DNA of 64,000 nucleotides from an uncultured Chthonomonadaceae bacterium (GCA_963817895.1 CAWFQB010000002.1:32001-96000); one strand, 5' to 3'. Counted from the stretch's first letter, positions 21,720 through 33,363 are shown. Made by a program: numbers and translations. Notes: generated by a model not told the origin, from the letters alone.

Positions 21720-23642
21720 TTAGCGGTAGTGTTGTGCCTGCATCTCAAATAGGTGAGCATACTTGCCGTTTAAGAGCATCAATTCGTCGTGTGAACCGCT
21801 TTCTACGATTTCGCCGTTTTCCAGCACGTAGATGCAGTCGGCCATGCGGACGGTAGAAAAGCGGTGGCTGACGAGAACAGTGGCGCGGTCTTTAGCCAGC
21901 AGGCGGAAATCGCGGAAGAACTCGTATTCGGCGCGGGCGTCCATCGCGCTTGTCGGCTCGTCCAGAACGATGATCTGGGCGTCGCGCAGAAACGCCCGCG
22001 CCAGCGCCACTTTCTGCCATTGCCCGATACTCAATTCCGCGCCGCCCTCGAACATTTTGCCCAATGTGGTTTCGTAACCCTCTTTGAGTTCCGAAATCAC
22101 GGCATCCGCGCCCGCGTACCGCGCCGATTCGATGATCTGTTCGCGTACCGCCTCTTCTTCCAGTGGTAACGCGATATTGCCTAACCAGATGTTTTCCCTT
22201 GCGGACAGTTGGTACTTCTCGTAATCCTGAAAAATCACGCTGATCTGCTGTCGCAGGTCGTTGGTATGAAAGTCGCGTATATCCGTGCCGTCCAGCGTGA
22301 TGCGCCCGCTTGTCGGGTCGTACAGGCGGCACAACAGTTTGGTAATCGTGGTTTTTCCGCTCCCGTTTTCGCCGACAAGCGCGATCATTTTACCCGGTTC
22401 CACATGCAGCGTCACGTCTTTCAGCACCGTTCGGCGGCTGTTCGGGTAGTCAAAGGCGACGTTTTCAAACACGATTCCGCGCTGCATCGGGTTGGGAACC
22501 GATTGGGGATTTACAGGTTCCGCCACTTTGCGCTCGATTTCCAGAAACTCGTCTAAATCGGACAGGAAGAGGCTGCTTTCGTACAGGTCGGCAAGGTTGC
22601 TCAACATCTGCTGAACCAGTCCCTGCCCCCGCTGAAACGCGCCGAAGTACATGGTCAGGCCGCCGAGCGTGGTTTGCCCCTGTAGGGTTCGCCACGCGGC
22701 AAACGCATACGCGCCGTACATGGCAACGGTTGCCAGCACCTGCGCGGCGAAATCGAGCAGGGCGTTGCGGGATTGCATTTGCAGGCGTTCGCGCCGTATT
22801 TCGGTTCGCAGGGTTTTCGCCCGTTCGAGAAACAGTTTGCCCAACTGGAACAGGCGGATTTCTTTGGCGGACGAGCCGCCCGTCAGCAGCGAGTCGAAGT
22901 AGTTGGAGAGCCGTTCGGTTGGGGTTCGCTTGCGCTGCCAGCCGTACATGCGTCCGCTGAATCGGATACGAACCAGCGCGCCGGGAACGGTGGATAGAAA
23001 CAGCAACAGCGCAATAGCCCAGTGCAGCGACAGCAGCAGGCCGACGAGGGCGAGGAGAGAAAACGCGCTTTGGGCGGCGTACAGCAGATTGTTGACGATG
23101 CTGACGGGGCGATACGACGCCTGACTCTGCGCCCGCCGCAACGTATCGTAAAAGCGGGCGTTCTCATAATACTCCAAATCCACTTCGATAGATTTGGCGT
23201 GAACCACTTCCGTTACATAATCGGTAACATGCGCGGCCTGCCCGTTGCGTATCAGACTGCTGATAGCCGTCAATACCGCGCTGAGTAGCATTACGCCGCC
23301 CTGTAGTCCGATGTACCAGCCTACCTGCCGGAACGCGAACTCCCGCGATGGCGAACGCAGTCCGTTGGCAACGGCATCCACCACCAGTTTGCTAAAATAA
23401 ATCGGCAGCGTGGTGAGGATGGCTTGCAGGGGCAGGAGGGCGATACTTGCAACCGTCCACGAGGGCGCTCCCTTCCAGACAAGAACAAGGGCGCGTTTAA
23501 TCGTCTTCAGCTTTTGTTTCGCGCTTGTCGCTTTTGCCGTCTGCTCCTCGCCCTCCTCTTCAGGATTGCGTTTTTTGCCGCCCCCGCCCCCTTCCGGTTT
23601 ACGTCCGGGCGGCATATCCCCTTTTGCCTGCATGTTCGCCAT
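21720..23642 (-). CDS. ABC exporter, fused permease/ATPase
   Basis: TM domain, GENGSGKT, ELSIGQWQ, LDEPTSAMD, SHRFSTV. Confidence 0.92.
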   Translation of the reverse strand: MANMQAKGDMPPGRKPEGGGGGKKRNPEEEGEEQTAKATSAKQKLKTIKRALVLVWKGAPSWTVASIALLPLQAILTTLPIYFSKLVVDAVANGLRSPSREFAFRQVGWYIGLQGGVMLLSAVLTAISSLIRNGQAAHVTDYVTEVVHAKSIEVDLEYYENARFYDTLRRAQSQASYRPVSIVNNLLYAAQSAFSLLALVGLLLSLHWAIALLLFLSTVPGALVRIRFSGRMYGWQRKRTPTERLSNYFDSLLTGGSSAKEIRLFQLGKLFLERAKTLRTEIRRERLQMQSRNALLDFAAQVLATVAMYGAYAFAAWRTLQGQTTLGGLTMYFGAFQRGQGLVQQMLSNLADLYESSLFLSDLDEFLEIERKVAEPVNPQSVPNPMQRGIVFENVAFDYPNSRRTVLKDVTLHVEPGKMIALVGENGSGKTTITKLLCRLYDPTSGRITLDGTDIRDFHTNDLRQQISVIFQDYEKYQLSARENIWLGNIALPLEEEAVREQIIESARYAGADAVISELKEGYETTLGKMFEGGAELSIGQWQKVALARAFLRDAQIIVLDEPTSAMDARAEYEFFRDFRLLAKDRATVLVSHRFSTVRMADCIYVLENGEIVESGSHDELMLLNGKYAHLFEMQAQHYR

Positions 23643-23946
23643 TGTTGCCTTCACCTGTAGGTCGCATCGTTGTTCAAACGATTGTTAAACATTTGTTTGC
23701 TATTCCGGTTGATATTGTAGACAAATTTCGCGCTTTCGTCAACCCATGCTTTCGAGCAGGCATGGCTTGAAACGCGCTGTTGCCTGTCGCTGAAAAATAG
23801 GTCGAAAATAAACTAACAGGTGGTTTAGCAAATTAAACAGAGGCCGCGATAAGGAGGGTGGGAATTCGCTTTCATGCTCCCTGTTTCAGGATGCCGGCCC
23901 TGACAGCGAACGGCGCAGGAAGTGCCCAGGAAAGGAGGTGGGTAAG

Positions 23947-23997
23947 TTGGTTCACATAGCCCTTACTCACTTCCGACACGTTGCGGTTCGCCGCTAA
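23947..23997 (+). other. Possible 16-aa small ORF (MVHIALTHFRHVAVRR) inside a structured RNA
   Basis: Perfect SD AAAGGAGGTG 6 nt before TTG; terminator immediately downstream. Confidence 0.4.
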
Positions 23998-24015
23998 CGT
24001 TTCGGAACGTGAGCC

Positions 24016-24061
24016 AAACACCCCGTCAGCGTTGCAAAACGTTGCCGGGGTGTTTATTTTT
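24016..24061 (+). terminator. Intrinsic terminator
   Basis: AAACACCCCG...CGGGGTGTTT followed by ATTTTT. Confidence 0.8.
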
Positions 24062-24128
24062 ATGGATATTTCGAGAGGGGCAATATACCGGTTTAAGGTT
24101 CGCTTCCAATCGGCTATCTTATCTCGCT

Positions 24129-24158
24129 TTGAAGTGGAAGATGGGAACATGGTATACT
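24129..24158 (+). promoter_or_regulatory. Probable sigma-70 promoter of cimA
   Basis: TTGAAG-N18-TATACT with extended -10 TG. Confidence 0.55.
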
Positions 24159-24303
24159 GTTGACACTTTTCAATTGATTGGAAGCTGGATAAAGTTTGAG
24201 TTCCCTGCACTGTTCTGTTACACAACACGGATGCGGCGGGGATGATTGTCAATTTAACTATGCACAGTGAACGCAACAATGCCGTTTGCGAAAGGAAAAT
24301 CTT

Positions 24304-25982
24304 GTGAACAGTCAGAACGCGCAAAAACAGTATGTGGAAATCTACGATACGACACTCCGCGACGGATCGCAGGGCGAGGGGATTACCTTCAGCGTCGAGG
24401 ACAAGATTCGCATTGCGCGGCGTCTGGACGAGTTCGGGATGGACTTTATCGAGGGCGGCTGGCCCGGTTCCAATCCGAAAGACGCCACGTTCTTCGAGCG
24501 CATGAAAACCGTAACGCTGCATCATGCGCGGCTGGCCGCTTTCGGCAGCACGCGCCGCGCGGGATTGCGGGCGGAAGACGACGCGCAGTTGAAAATGCTC
24601 GTGGACGCGGCAACCCCGGTTATCACCATCTTCGGCAAATCGTGGACGGAGCATGTGCTGCACGCGCTGAAAACCACGCCCCACGAAAATCTGGACATGA
24701 TTGGCGACAGCGTGGCGTTTCTGAAAAGAACATGCGCCGACTGTGATTTACGACGCCGAGCATTTTTTCGATGGCTACAAGAGCAGCGCGGCGGAGGGTG
24801 TGAACGCTTTCGAGTCTGGAAATTACGCGCTGGCGGGGTTGAAACGCGCATTGGACGCGGGCGCGGATCGCATTGTTTTGTGCGATACCAATGGCGGCAC
24901 ACTGCCGTATGAGATGGCCGCGATTGTGCGCCGCGTTCGTGAAGCGTTTCCCGAACGTGCGCAATTGGCATCCACACGCACAATGACGCGGAATGCGCGG
25001 TCGCCAACGCTCTTGCGGCTGTTCAGGAGGGCGCGATGCATGTGCAGGGTACGGTGAACGGATACGGCGAACGGTGCGGCAACTGCAACCTGCTGCCCGT
25101 GATCGCGTCCCTGCGCCTGAAACTCGGCTTCGACTGCCTGCTGCCCGATTCGCTGGAGCATCTGGCCGCTCTTTCGCAGTACGTGGACGAAATCGCGAAT
25201 CTGACGCCGGACACGCGCCGGGCGTATGTGGGGCGCAGCGCGTTCGCGCACAAGGGCGGCGTTCATGCCGATGCCGTGCTGAAGGGCGCGAGTTACGAGC
25301 ATATCAACCCGGAACTGGTCGGCAATTCGCGGCGGCTGCTGGTTTCGGAACTGGCGGGCAGCAGCAGCATCGCGGGCAAAGCGACGGAATACGGCTTCGA
25401 CCTGAACCGCAAATCGCCGCAAACCCGCGCTTTACTGCAGTCCATCGCGGAACGGGAACACGAAGGCTACAGCTACGAGGGCGCGGAGGGTTCGTTTGAA
25501 CTGCTGTTGATGCAGGCGATGGGGACGTATCCGGCAGATGTTCGAGTTGAAAGGGTTCCGCTGCATCGTGGAACGCCGGGGCGACGATCAGGAACCGATC
25601 ACGGAAGCGACGGTAAAACTCGTCGGTAGACGGCGTGGAAAAACTGACGGTTGCGGAAGGGGACGGTCCCGTTCACGCTCTGGACGGCGCATTGCGCAAG
25701 GCGCTGCTGGAATTCTACCCGGAGTTGGCGCACATCAAATTGACCGACTTCAAAGTCCGCGTGGTCAATACGCGGGAAGGCACGGCGGCCAAAGTGCGCG
25801 TCATCATTGACAGCACGGACGGCGAGCAGGCGTGGAGTACGGTCGGCGTGTCCACCAATATGATGGAAGCAAGCTGGCACGCCCTCGTGGACAGCGTTGT
25901 GTACGGCCTGCTGCGACGTCAGGAATCCCTGTCGAAACTGTTGCCGTCCGGTCTTGAAGTAGCCGCGAATGAACGCAAATAG
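24304..25982 (+). CDS. cimA: Citramalate synthase, several frameshifts
   Basis: [80 protein letters not shown]. Confidence 0.9.
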
Positions 25983-26940
25983 ACGCGAATGATAAATGAA
26001 CATGCAAAACCGCGCTCTGGAAGTCCGCCGCGAACCCTTCGCCCTCCCCAACGCGCCCTACGGCTTTGGCTACGGCGCCCTAACCATCGATCTGGAATGA
26101 GAACCGTAACGCCCCTTGCCCTGCCCCATGCTGAAATCCGCGTACGCGACCTGTTACCGCCATCCCCTGCGCTATAATTTCCACTCTTCGCGTTTCTGTT
26201 CCATTGTGACGGTTTCGCCTTGCATCCAGGCATAATGCGCGGGCGGGTTGTCACCGATCCAGCGCGGGTCTACAGGTTCGTTAGCGCGTTGGTAGCGAGT
26301 GTCGCAGCTGATGCGGAAGCGCTTGCTTGTATTACTCACGCTGCCGTGCATGGTGTACATGCCGAAAATCAGCGCGTTGCCCGCCTGAAACTCGGTTGTC
26401 TGCCATTGCCCGCCGAAGCGGTCTATCATTTCTACGGCGTCATTGGAAAACGCGCCCGTAACGTGGTCGCGGTCAACATCCATTTTGCCATAGGTTTCCC
26501 TCACGCGCTCGAACGCCTCGCCCCTGTGGGAACCAACAAGAACCGCAAGCGGCCCCATATCGTAGGAAACGTCGCCAATCGGAGTCCAGCAGGTGTACAG
26601 ATTCTGTGTTCCCCGCCCCATGTACACAATGTCGTAATGCGCCCCTGTGAAATCCCCCGGCCCGACCACGCGCAGCCACTTGTAATCGAACGTCAGCGCG
26701 TCGCCTTGCAGAAACCGGGCAAAGAAGCCCATCACTTCGGGCGATTCCACAAGATTCAGGAAGGCCGGGTTGCGCGTCGTCGCCTTGCTGCCGCCTAGAA
26801 ATCCGCCCCGCGCCCCGTCTGCCGGAACCGCCAATTCCAGCGGATACTCGTGGCTGATTTGCCCGTTCTGATCCAGATTGGCAAGCAGCATTTTCCGCGC
26901 CGCGTTTACTCTCTCCCGGTCGTGCAGCCCGCGTATCAAT

Positions 26941-28004
26941 AGATACTCCGACAAATAAGTTTGGATTTATTCTTGGCGCGGGTAGAATAGACGTATGAAC
27001 CTTCACGAACTTGGCCGCTATCCCGAAAACAAAGTCCGTTCGCTCTTCGGACTACCCCACGCCGCCTTAGCTGAACTCTTCCTGGCAGCGCTTCCCGAAA
27101 TCGAGCGCCGTCGCCAACAAGAACAGGCCAACAAGCCCACGCGCCGCCGCAAGGTGGGAGGCGGCCGCAAACGCCTGCTCAAGCCCTACCAGGAAGTGTT
27201 GCTGACGCTGCTGTACCTGCGCCACAACGTCGCCTTCTCTGTGGTGGGCATGCTGTTTGGCGTCAGCGCCGATGTGGCGGAGAACACCTTCCATGAGATT
27301 GTCGGCGTCCTCAAAGACGTGTGTCCGGCCAACCGCTGGGAAGCGGAGAAACGCTGGACCAAGAAAGAACCCTCCTGGAAGCCCGAGGAGGTGGATCAGG
27401 TGATTGTGGATAGTTTCGAGACGCCGGTTCCGCGTCCCTCGATTGAACCCAAGCAACGCGCCTTCTACTCGGGCAAGAAGAAAGACCACACGCTCAAGAC
27501 CGAGGTCATCACCAACCGCAATGGCGACATTCTTGATGTGGATGCGGGCTATCGCGGCCCGAAGTCGGACAAGAAAGTGCATGAGCAGAGTACGGTTGCC
27601 AAGCAGTTTCCCCATGCGACGGTCAAAGGCGATCTGGCCTATCAAGGCTTACCCCACAGCGAAGTGCCGCACAAGAAGCCACGCGGAGGCGCGTTGAGCG
27701 CTGTGCAGAAAGAAGAGAACCGCGCCTTTTCCTCAGGGCGTGTGCGTGTCGAACATAGTATCCGGCGCGTCAAAGCGTTTCGGATGGTGCGTGATGAATA
27801 TCGTCTGGCGACGGGATTGTTCCGTCGCACTTGCTTCTGTGTGGTGGGTCTGGTGCAATTGATCGCGCTGACACGCGAGCCGCAAGGCGCGTAAGCCGGG
27901 AAAAGTAAACGCGGAAAAAGGGTTTTCGACGGGTGGAGTGTGTCTGCTCCACCTGAGCGCTAGCCTGCCTCAAAACAGCCTATATACTATTTGTCGGAGT
28001 ATCT
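26941..28004 (+). mobile_element. IS5-family (ISL2-like) insertion sequence, 1064 bp
   Basis: Perfect 17-bp TIRs AGATACTCCGACAAATA / TATTTGTCGGAGTATCT; AAT duplicated on both sides; single transposase ORF. Confidence 0.92.
26995..27894 (+). CDS. DDE transposase (HTH_Tnp_4 + DDE_Tnp_4 type)
   Basis: GGGRKRLL, LLYLRH, IVDSFE, YSGKKKDHTLK, GDLAYQG, RVRVEHSIRRVK. Confidence 0.92.
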   Translation: MNLHELGRYPENKVRSLFGLPHAALAELFLAALPEIERRRQQEQANKPTRRRKVGGGRKRLLKPYQEVLLTLLYLRHNVAFSVVGMLFGVSADVAENTFHEIVGVLKDVCPANRWEAEKRWTKKEPSWKPEEVDQVIVDSFETPVPRPSIEPKQRAFYSGKKKDHTLKTEVITNRNGDILDVDAGYRGPKSDKKVHEQSTVAKQFPHATVKGDLAYQGLPHSEVPHKKPRGGALSAVQKEENRAFSSGRVRVEHSIRRVKAFRMVRDEYRLATGLFRRTCFCVVGLVQLIALTREPQGA

Positions 28005-28280
28005 AATAAATAACCGTCTTCCTCCATACGCGCCTGTAACTGCGCCGGGTCATGCAGCAATTCGTTCGCGTCGCGCAACTCGCCTAAATACTTGGCGCCC
28101 ATTTCTAATTCATGTTTGCCGATTGTCAGTTTCATGGCGTGTTCCTAACCTTCGATGCTACGCATAGTTTATCTTAGGGGATCATCTTAAACGGACGAAC
28201 AGTTACACAGACACGTCGGGTTGAAGCCCTGCGCTGCAAAGTACGAGTGACCTGCGGACACAACACGCCCAGGCCTGCTT

Positions 28281-29132
28281 TCATGTATCGCGGGAAGCAA
28301 TACTGTTGTCCGCCCGCAGCAATTGATTCGGCTCTATGGCGTCAGGGATAGTGGCGGCTCGCAGCAGCATATCGGGACGGGAAGAGGACGCGGAAGGCCG
28401 CAGCAAAGACTGGCTTGCCTGCTGTTGTTCCAATCGCTGTTTGAGATATAGCAAACATTCCTGCGCCGCTTCGCGCGTTTCCGGTTCGGTTGTGGATGCC
28501 ATAGCAAGGCTCTCCACATACGGCACGGCTTTGCTGTCGCCAATCTGTTCGAGCGCCTTCAAAACGGTTCGTATCCATTCCGTATTCTTGTTATTGAGCG
28601 ATTGACAAAGCAAGGTTTGCTGCTGTTCGTTTAATAAGCCTGCGTCCGAATGTTGTAACTGCGGTAACAGTTCAGACAAGCTTTTGATGATAACAGAACG
28701 CACTTCTTGATACCGATACGCCTCTACAAGCGGCCCGATAAACCGCTTATCGTACAGATTCGAAACAATATTCAGCAGCAATTTCAGACGGGGATGGTTG
28801 GTCAAGGGCATTATAAATGCTGCAATTATTCCAAAACCGCCAAGCATTATGTGTAAGGCTGCCTCCCATCTATATCGAAGCAAATCGCGAAACATATACA
28901 GCAAAGCACATGTAGCAACAAATTTGTACCATTGCAGCATACGCTGGACACGGCATAAATCGTGTTCAAGCCAAACTAACAAGGTATTCAAGCGTTGGGT
29001 GTCAGCAGCAATAGCAGTAATAATCTCCTGCTTTGCCTGTTCGCGCTTTGCGGTATCTTTATGGCCCAACTGCTTGATTAGCGGATTGAGTTTTTCGTCT
29101 GAAGTGGCGGGCCGTCTGTTCAGAAAGGACAT
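28281..29132 (-). CDS. HEAT-repeat membrane protein
   Basis: Two TM helices; LKALEQIGDSKAVPYVESL; C-terminal 'LLRP/LLRA' repeats. Confidence 0.7.
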   Translation of the reverse strand: MSFLNRRPATSDEKLNPLIKQLGHKDTAKREQAKQEIITAIAADTQRLNTLLVWLEHDLCRVQRMLQWYKFVATCALLYMFRDLLRYRWEAALHIMLGGFGIIAAFIMPLTNHPRLKLLLNIVSNLYDKRFIGPLVEAYRYQEVRSVIIKSLSELLPQLQHSDAGLLNEQQQTLLCQSLNNKNTEWIRTVLKALEQIGDSKAVPYVESLAMASTTEPETREAAQECLLYLKQRLEQQQASQSLLRPSASSSRPDMLLRAATIPDAIEPNQLLRADNSIASRDT

Positions 29133-29138
29133 TAGGAC

Positions 29139-29959
29139 TTACCCTCTTGCGGGTTCGGACATGGTGGCGCGGGCGCGGTTGGAGGCTTCTACCAGACAGT
29201 CTTCGTTGTCCATGACCTGCTGTAAATGCTTTTGGCGTTCGGGGAGTTGCCGTGTCGCGCATAATGTCGGAATGGAGATGGTCAATCCAGAAGCGGCCCT
29301 GCGCGGCGATGAAACTGCGCAAATCCTTTAATTCCGCGTCCGTTGTGGCCTGATTACATAAGTTCAGGGTGAACATGCGCCGGGAACTTCCCCCGCCGAA
29401 CGCGGAATGTTGCAGGTTGTGGTTGAAAACGACCACATCTCCCGGCTGCGATTCCAGCGGTACGCAGGGAACGTCGCGCTGCGCGATCCCGAACGCGGAT
29501 TCGGATTGATTGACGCGCCGCAAAGAGGAGAGAATGGGATTGCCGACGACGTGACTGCCCGGTATCACGCGCAGGCAGCCCGTATCTCTTGGCAACGGGA
29601 TCGAGATACAGCGCTATTTTAATGTAGGTGGCCTCGTCGTGCCAGCCGTCGGAGTGCCAGCCCGTATTGCCGGTGTAATAGTTGCCGTCGCCGCCGATGT
29701 AGTTGAAATCATCGCCAAGCAGACCCGACGCGATGCCCTCAACAACCGGATGATCCAGCAGCGTACAGAGTTTCGGGGACTGGTCAATAAACGGCACGAT
29801 GCACGTCCGGCGCGAACCGTCGTGTTTGGGACCGGCAGCGCGGGCGTGGATGCCGGTAAACTCGTCCGTAATCCATTCAACATCCGTCTTCAACGCGCCC
29901 GGAAGCGCGAGATACCCGAACGTTTGGAAGAAATTACGCTGTTCTTGTGACAGTTGCAT
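29139..29959 (-). CDS. PhyH-family dioxygenase, frameshifted
   Basis: FFQTFGYL, GWHSD, GCLRVIPGSH, PGDVVVFNHNLQH; frame breaks near 29592 and 29245. Confidence 0.8.
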
Positions 29960-30061
29960 TGTTGACCTCACCCCCGACCCCTCTCCTTGCCGCGCAACGC
30001 GCTAGGAGAGGGGAGAATGTTGTTGTTAGATGGCACGGTAGATGTAGTTGGCAGACGCCCC

Positions 30062-30722
30062 TCAACCCTCAATCACAAACACCGGCCTGCACCACGCGCC
30101 GGAGTGTCCTTTCAGATTGATGGGCAGGGCCATGAAGGTTTGCGGCAGGGGCAGTTGGTAGGCTTCGGGCGGGAAGCGCAGTTCTTCCACGATCCAGATA
30201 CCCTGACCGAGCAGGATGGTGTGTACGGCCGCGTCGTTTGCTTTGTCCCAGCCGCCGATGCCCCAGTGATCCACGCCCAAGCCCGCGTATTTTGCGCTCG
30301 GCAAGCCAGTGCGCGGCATCGGGCGTCAGTTTGGGCGATTGGTACAGCCACATTTCGCTGCGTTCGCGGATGTCGCCCCACCCGGTCGCCATAAGAATAA
30401 TGCTGTCGGGCGGAAGCGGGTCGGGCAGCGCGGCGGCCAACCGTTCCGGCGTAATCAGGGCGGAGGGTTCCAGGGGGCGTAAATCCGCAATATAGGCCGG
30501 ACCGACAAAACTTTCCAGGGGCAGCATATCTATGGACGCGCCGCCCGCGATTTTGTGGAGGGGCGCGTCGAGATGGCTTCCCGTATGGCTGGCAAGCGTC
30601 AAGGTTTCCCAGTGCCACTCCGCCCGCTCATGGTCGGAAGAAACCTCCGAACGCACGGGAGGATGCGCGGGGCAATTCGGACCCGCATCATAAATAGGCT
30701 GCGAAAGATCAAGGAAGCGCAT
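30062..30722 (-). CDS. Cyclase family protein (kynurenine formamidase-like), frameshifted near 30280
   Basis: DLSQPI, HTGSHLDAPLH, GVDHW, IWIVEEL, ALPINL..GAWCRPV. Confidence 0.85.
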
Positions 30723-30908
30723 GGTAATGAATTCCAGTGAGAGTGAGAGTGGAGAGTGAGAGAAACAACGCATTGACTCTCACGCTTCACTCTCCACTCT
30801 CGCTATTTCTATTGGAAACGGCTAAAATACCTGTCATACTATCAGCAGAATACGCGATAATTCGCGTTTGCAGTCGTTCATTCCTCTGTTTTTAGATAAG
30901 GGAACTCC

Positions 30909-33168
30909 GTGAAGCAAAATATTCTTCGCCTGTTGTTGGCAAGCGGTCTTGCGCTGTGCCTGATAGGGAAATCCGGGCAAGCGCAGGAAACTGAACGCGC
31001 CGAGTTGCTGAAAGATGTCAGCAAACTGGTCGCGCCGGGGTGTATTCCGGGGGATTTTGCCGTGTTCGGCGACAATGCTTTTGTCGTCGCTGACCGGACG
31101 GCAGGGCAAAACGCGCCTGCCCATGCTTGCCGCCACGCGCTACGGCATTGGACGCGCCGCCGCAATCGGACACGAGGGATTTTTCAGCGCGGACGCATTG
31201 GAAAACGCCGACAACGCGCATCTTGCCCGCAATCTGGCGCTGTGGGCGGGGCAAAAGCCGCTCGCGGGCCTGCGCATCGGCCTGCATGATCAGAGCGAGG
31301 GGACTGGCGAACGCGCTTACCGCGCTTGGCTGCCATGTTACCGTTCTGCAAGCCGCCGACCTGCCCGCGAAATTGAACGCGCTGGACGTGTTATGGCTGA
31401 ATCAGAGCAGTCTGGACGGGGCGGGCAATCCGGCGCGAATTGAAGCCGTACAGCAGTGGGTGCGCAATGGGGGCGGGCTGATAGTGGACGGGCCGGCGTG
31501 GGGCTGGCAAATGACGCATCCCGGCCTGATGCTGCCCCGCGACCATAGTGGCAACATTTTGCTTGCGCCAATGGGCATTGTGTTCGCGGGCGGTATGCTC
31601 GACGCAGGCAACGCGCAGGGATATACCCCCGATACCGCCAATACGGAACTGACGCAGGTAAACCGCGCGCTGGACGCCTTAGAGCAAATGAGCGGCCATC
31701 GCCGCCTGCTGACCGGCCCGGAACTGGAACAGGTGACTGCCACGCTTGGCGAAGCGGTTGCCGCCCTGCCCCCTTCGCAGGAAATGCTGGTACAGCGCAT
31801 CGAAACCCTGTGCGCCGACAAAGCGGGCAATGTGGTCCCAACCCACGAAACGCCTGTTACCATTTCCATGCCGTTCGCCCGCCTGAAAGCCGTGCTGGAC
31901 GCGCAGCAGTTCCGGCGTTTGCCGCCCGAAAAGATCATCGCGCACCCCTCCGCCGCCTCGTTTCCCGGCGCGGTTCCCGCACGGCGCGAAACGCGAAACG
32001 CGCGTCTATTACGGTGGATATGAAGCAGCCCGCCTGGCACGGCACGGGGTTGTACGCCGCGCCCGGCGAAGTGGTCACGATTTCCGTGCCGCCAGAGCGC
32101 CATCAAGCGCGGCCTGTCCGTACAAATTGGCGAGCATACGGACACGCTCTGGCATCTGGCGGCATGGGGCCGTTTCCCCGAAATCACGATGCGGCGTCCG
32201 CTGAACGCGCCCGAAGTACGCGCGTTGCCAGTCCGTTCGGCGGCACGATTTTCATTGACTCGCCGTCTCGCTCTTCTGCGGCGACGAAGTACCCGTCACC
32301 ATTGCCAACGCCGTTGCCGCGCCGCGCTTTGTGCGGGGCGTGACCAGCCTTGCGGAGTGGAAGCAAACGCTGCGCAACGCGCCCGGTCCCTGGGCGGAAC
32401 TCGTCGGCAAACTGGTAATTCTGTCCGTGCCGTCCTCCGCCGTGCGCGATCTGGACGACCCGGAAGCGCTGATGGCCTACTGGGATGAGGTAATGGAGCA
32501 CTGCTATGCGTTTTACGCCGCGCCCAAACGCAACCGCCCGGAACGCTACTGCGTGGATCGGCAGATCAGCGCGGGCTACATGCACTCCGGCTACCCGATT
32601 ATGACGGGCGACGACGTGGCGAAAACGTTCTGCGACCTGAACATCCTGCGCGGCAATACCGGCATCAAGTGCTGGGGCTTTTACCACGAGATGGGACACA
32701 ATTTTCAGCAGCCGGAATGGACGTGGAGCGCGTTCGGGGAAGTGACCAACAACCTGTTTTCGCTGTACGGCACGGAAACCCTCAACGGCGTCAAAGTGGG
32801 GGCGCACCCCGCTATGACGCAGGCCGAAATTGACAAACGCCTGCTAGCTCATCGCCGCCAACCCCGGCAAATCCAAATACTACGAGCGCGATCCCTGGTA
32901 TCCGCTCACAATGTTCTGGCTGCTGCGGCAGGAGTTCGGTTGGGAGCCGTTCACCAAACTGTTCGCAGAATTTCGCGACCTGCCGCGCAGCGAACGCCCC
33001 CAGACCGAGCAGGAGAAGCACGACCAGTTTTTAATCAGGTTCTCCAGACTGACCGGGCATAATCTAAGCGAGTACCTGTCCGCATGGGGCGTGGAACTCT
33101 CCCCGGAGGCGCGTCATTCCGTCGCAAATCTACCCGTCTGGATGCCCGCCAGCCTGTCCGCCCGCTGA
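30909..33168 (+). CDS. Secreted M60-like (enhancin) metallopeptidase, many frameshifts
   Basis: TGLYAAPGE, SPFGG, PWAEL, QISAGYMHSGYP, WGFYHEMGHNFQ..GEVTNNLF. Confidence 0.82.
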
Positions 33169-33220
33169 AACTCTGCGGACGGTTCCAAACGGATGGCAAC
33201 CTCCCGCGCCACAACTAACG

Positions 33221-33363
33221 TACTACTCTGTCAAGGTAGAATAGAGGGATACGTTGTAGGGGTTCTGCTTGCTGAACCCTCCTCGAACAGGGCGCAGCAA
33301 GCCGCCATTTGGGGCGCAGCAAGCAACGCCCCTACCTGACTATTCTACCTTGACGGAGTAGTA
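33221..33363. mobile_element. MITE with 24-bp TIRs enclosing a GTAG-REP doublet
   Basis: TACTACTCTGTCAAGGTAGAATAG / CTATTCTACCTTGACGGAGTAGTA (23/24 match); inner GTAGGGGTTC...CCCCTAC at 33256-33335. Confidence 0.78.

Larger units (their letters stand above)
26172..28135 (-). pseudogene. Phytanoyl-CoA dioxygenase (PhyH) family gene interrupted by an IS
   Basis: 5' part MKLTIGK...MEEDGYL (28135-28008) and 3' part LIRGLHD...TGAHYD..MHGS..RISCDTRYQ (26940-26172) rejoin in frame when the IS and one AAT are removed. Confidence 0.88.

Noticed and set aside
21720..23642. RiPP (lasso/lanthipeptide) cluster around the ABC exporter
   Set aside because: No maturation enzymes or recognisable precursor nearby.
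23870..23935. ZTP, guanidine or c-di-GMP riboswitch
   Set aside because: Only short partial matches (e.g. CCTGGGCA on the minus strand); the remaining conserved cores are absent.
28215..28262. Extra copy of the tnpA-flanking repeat
   Set aside because: Only a loose two-hairpin resemblance; too degenerate to call by eye.
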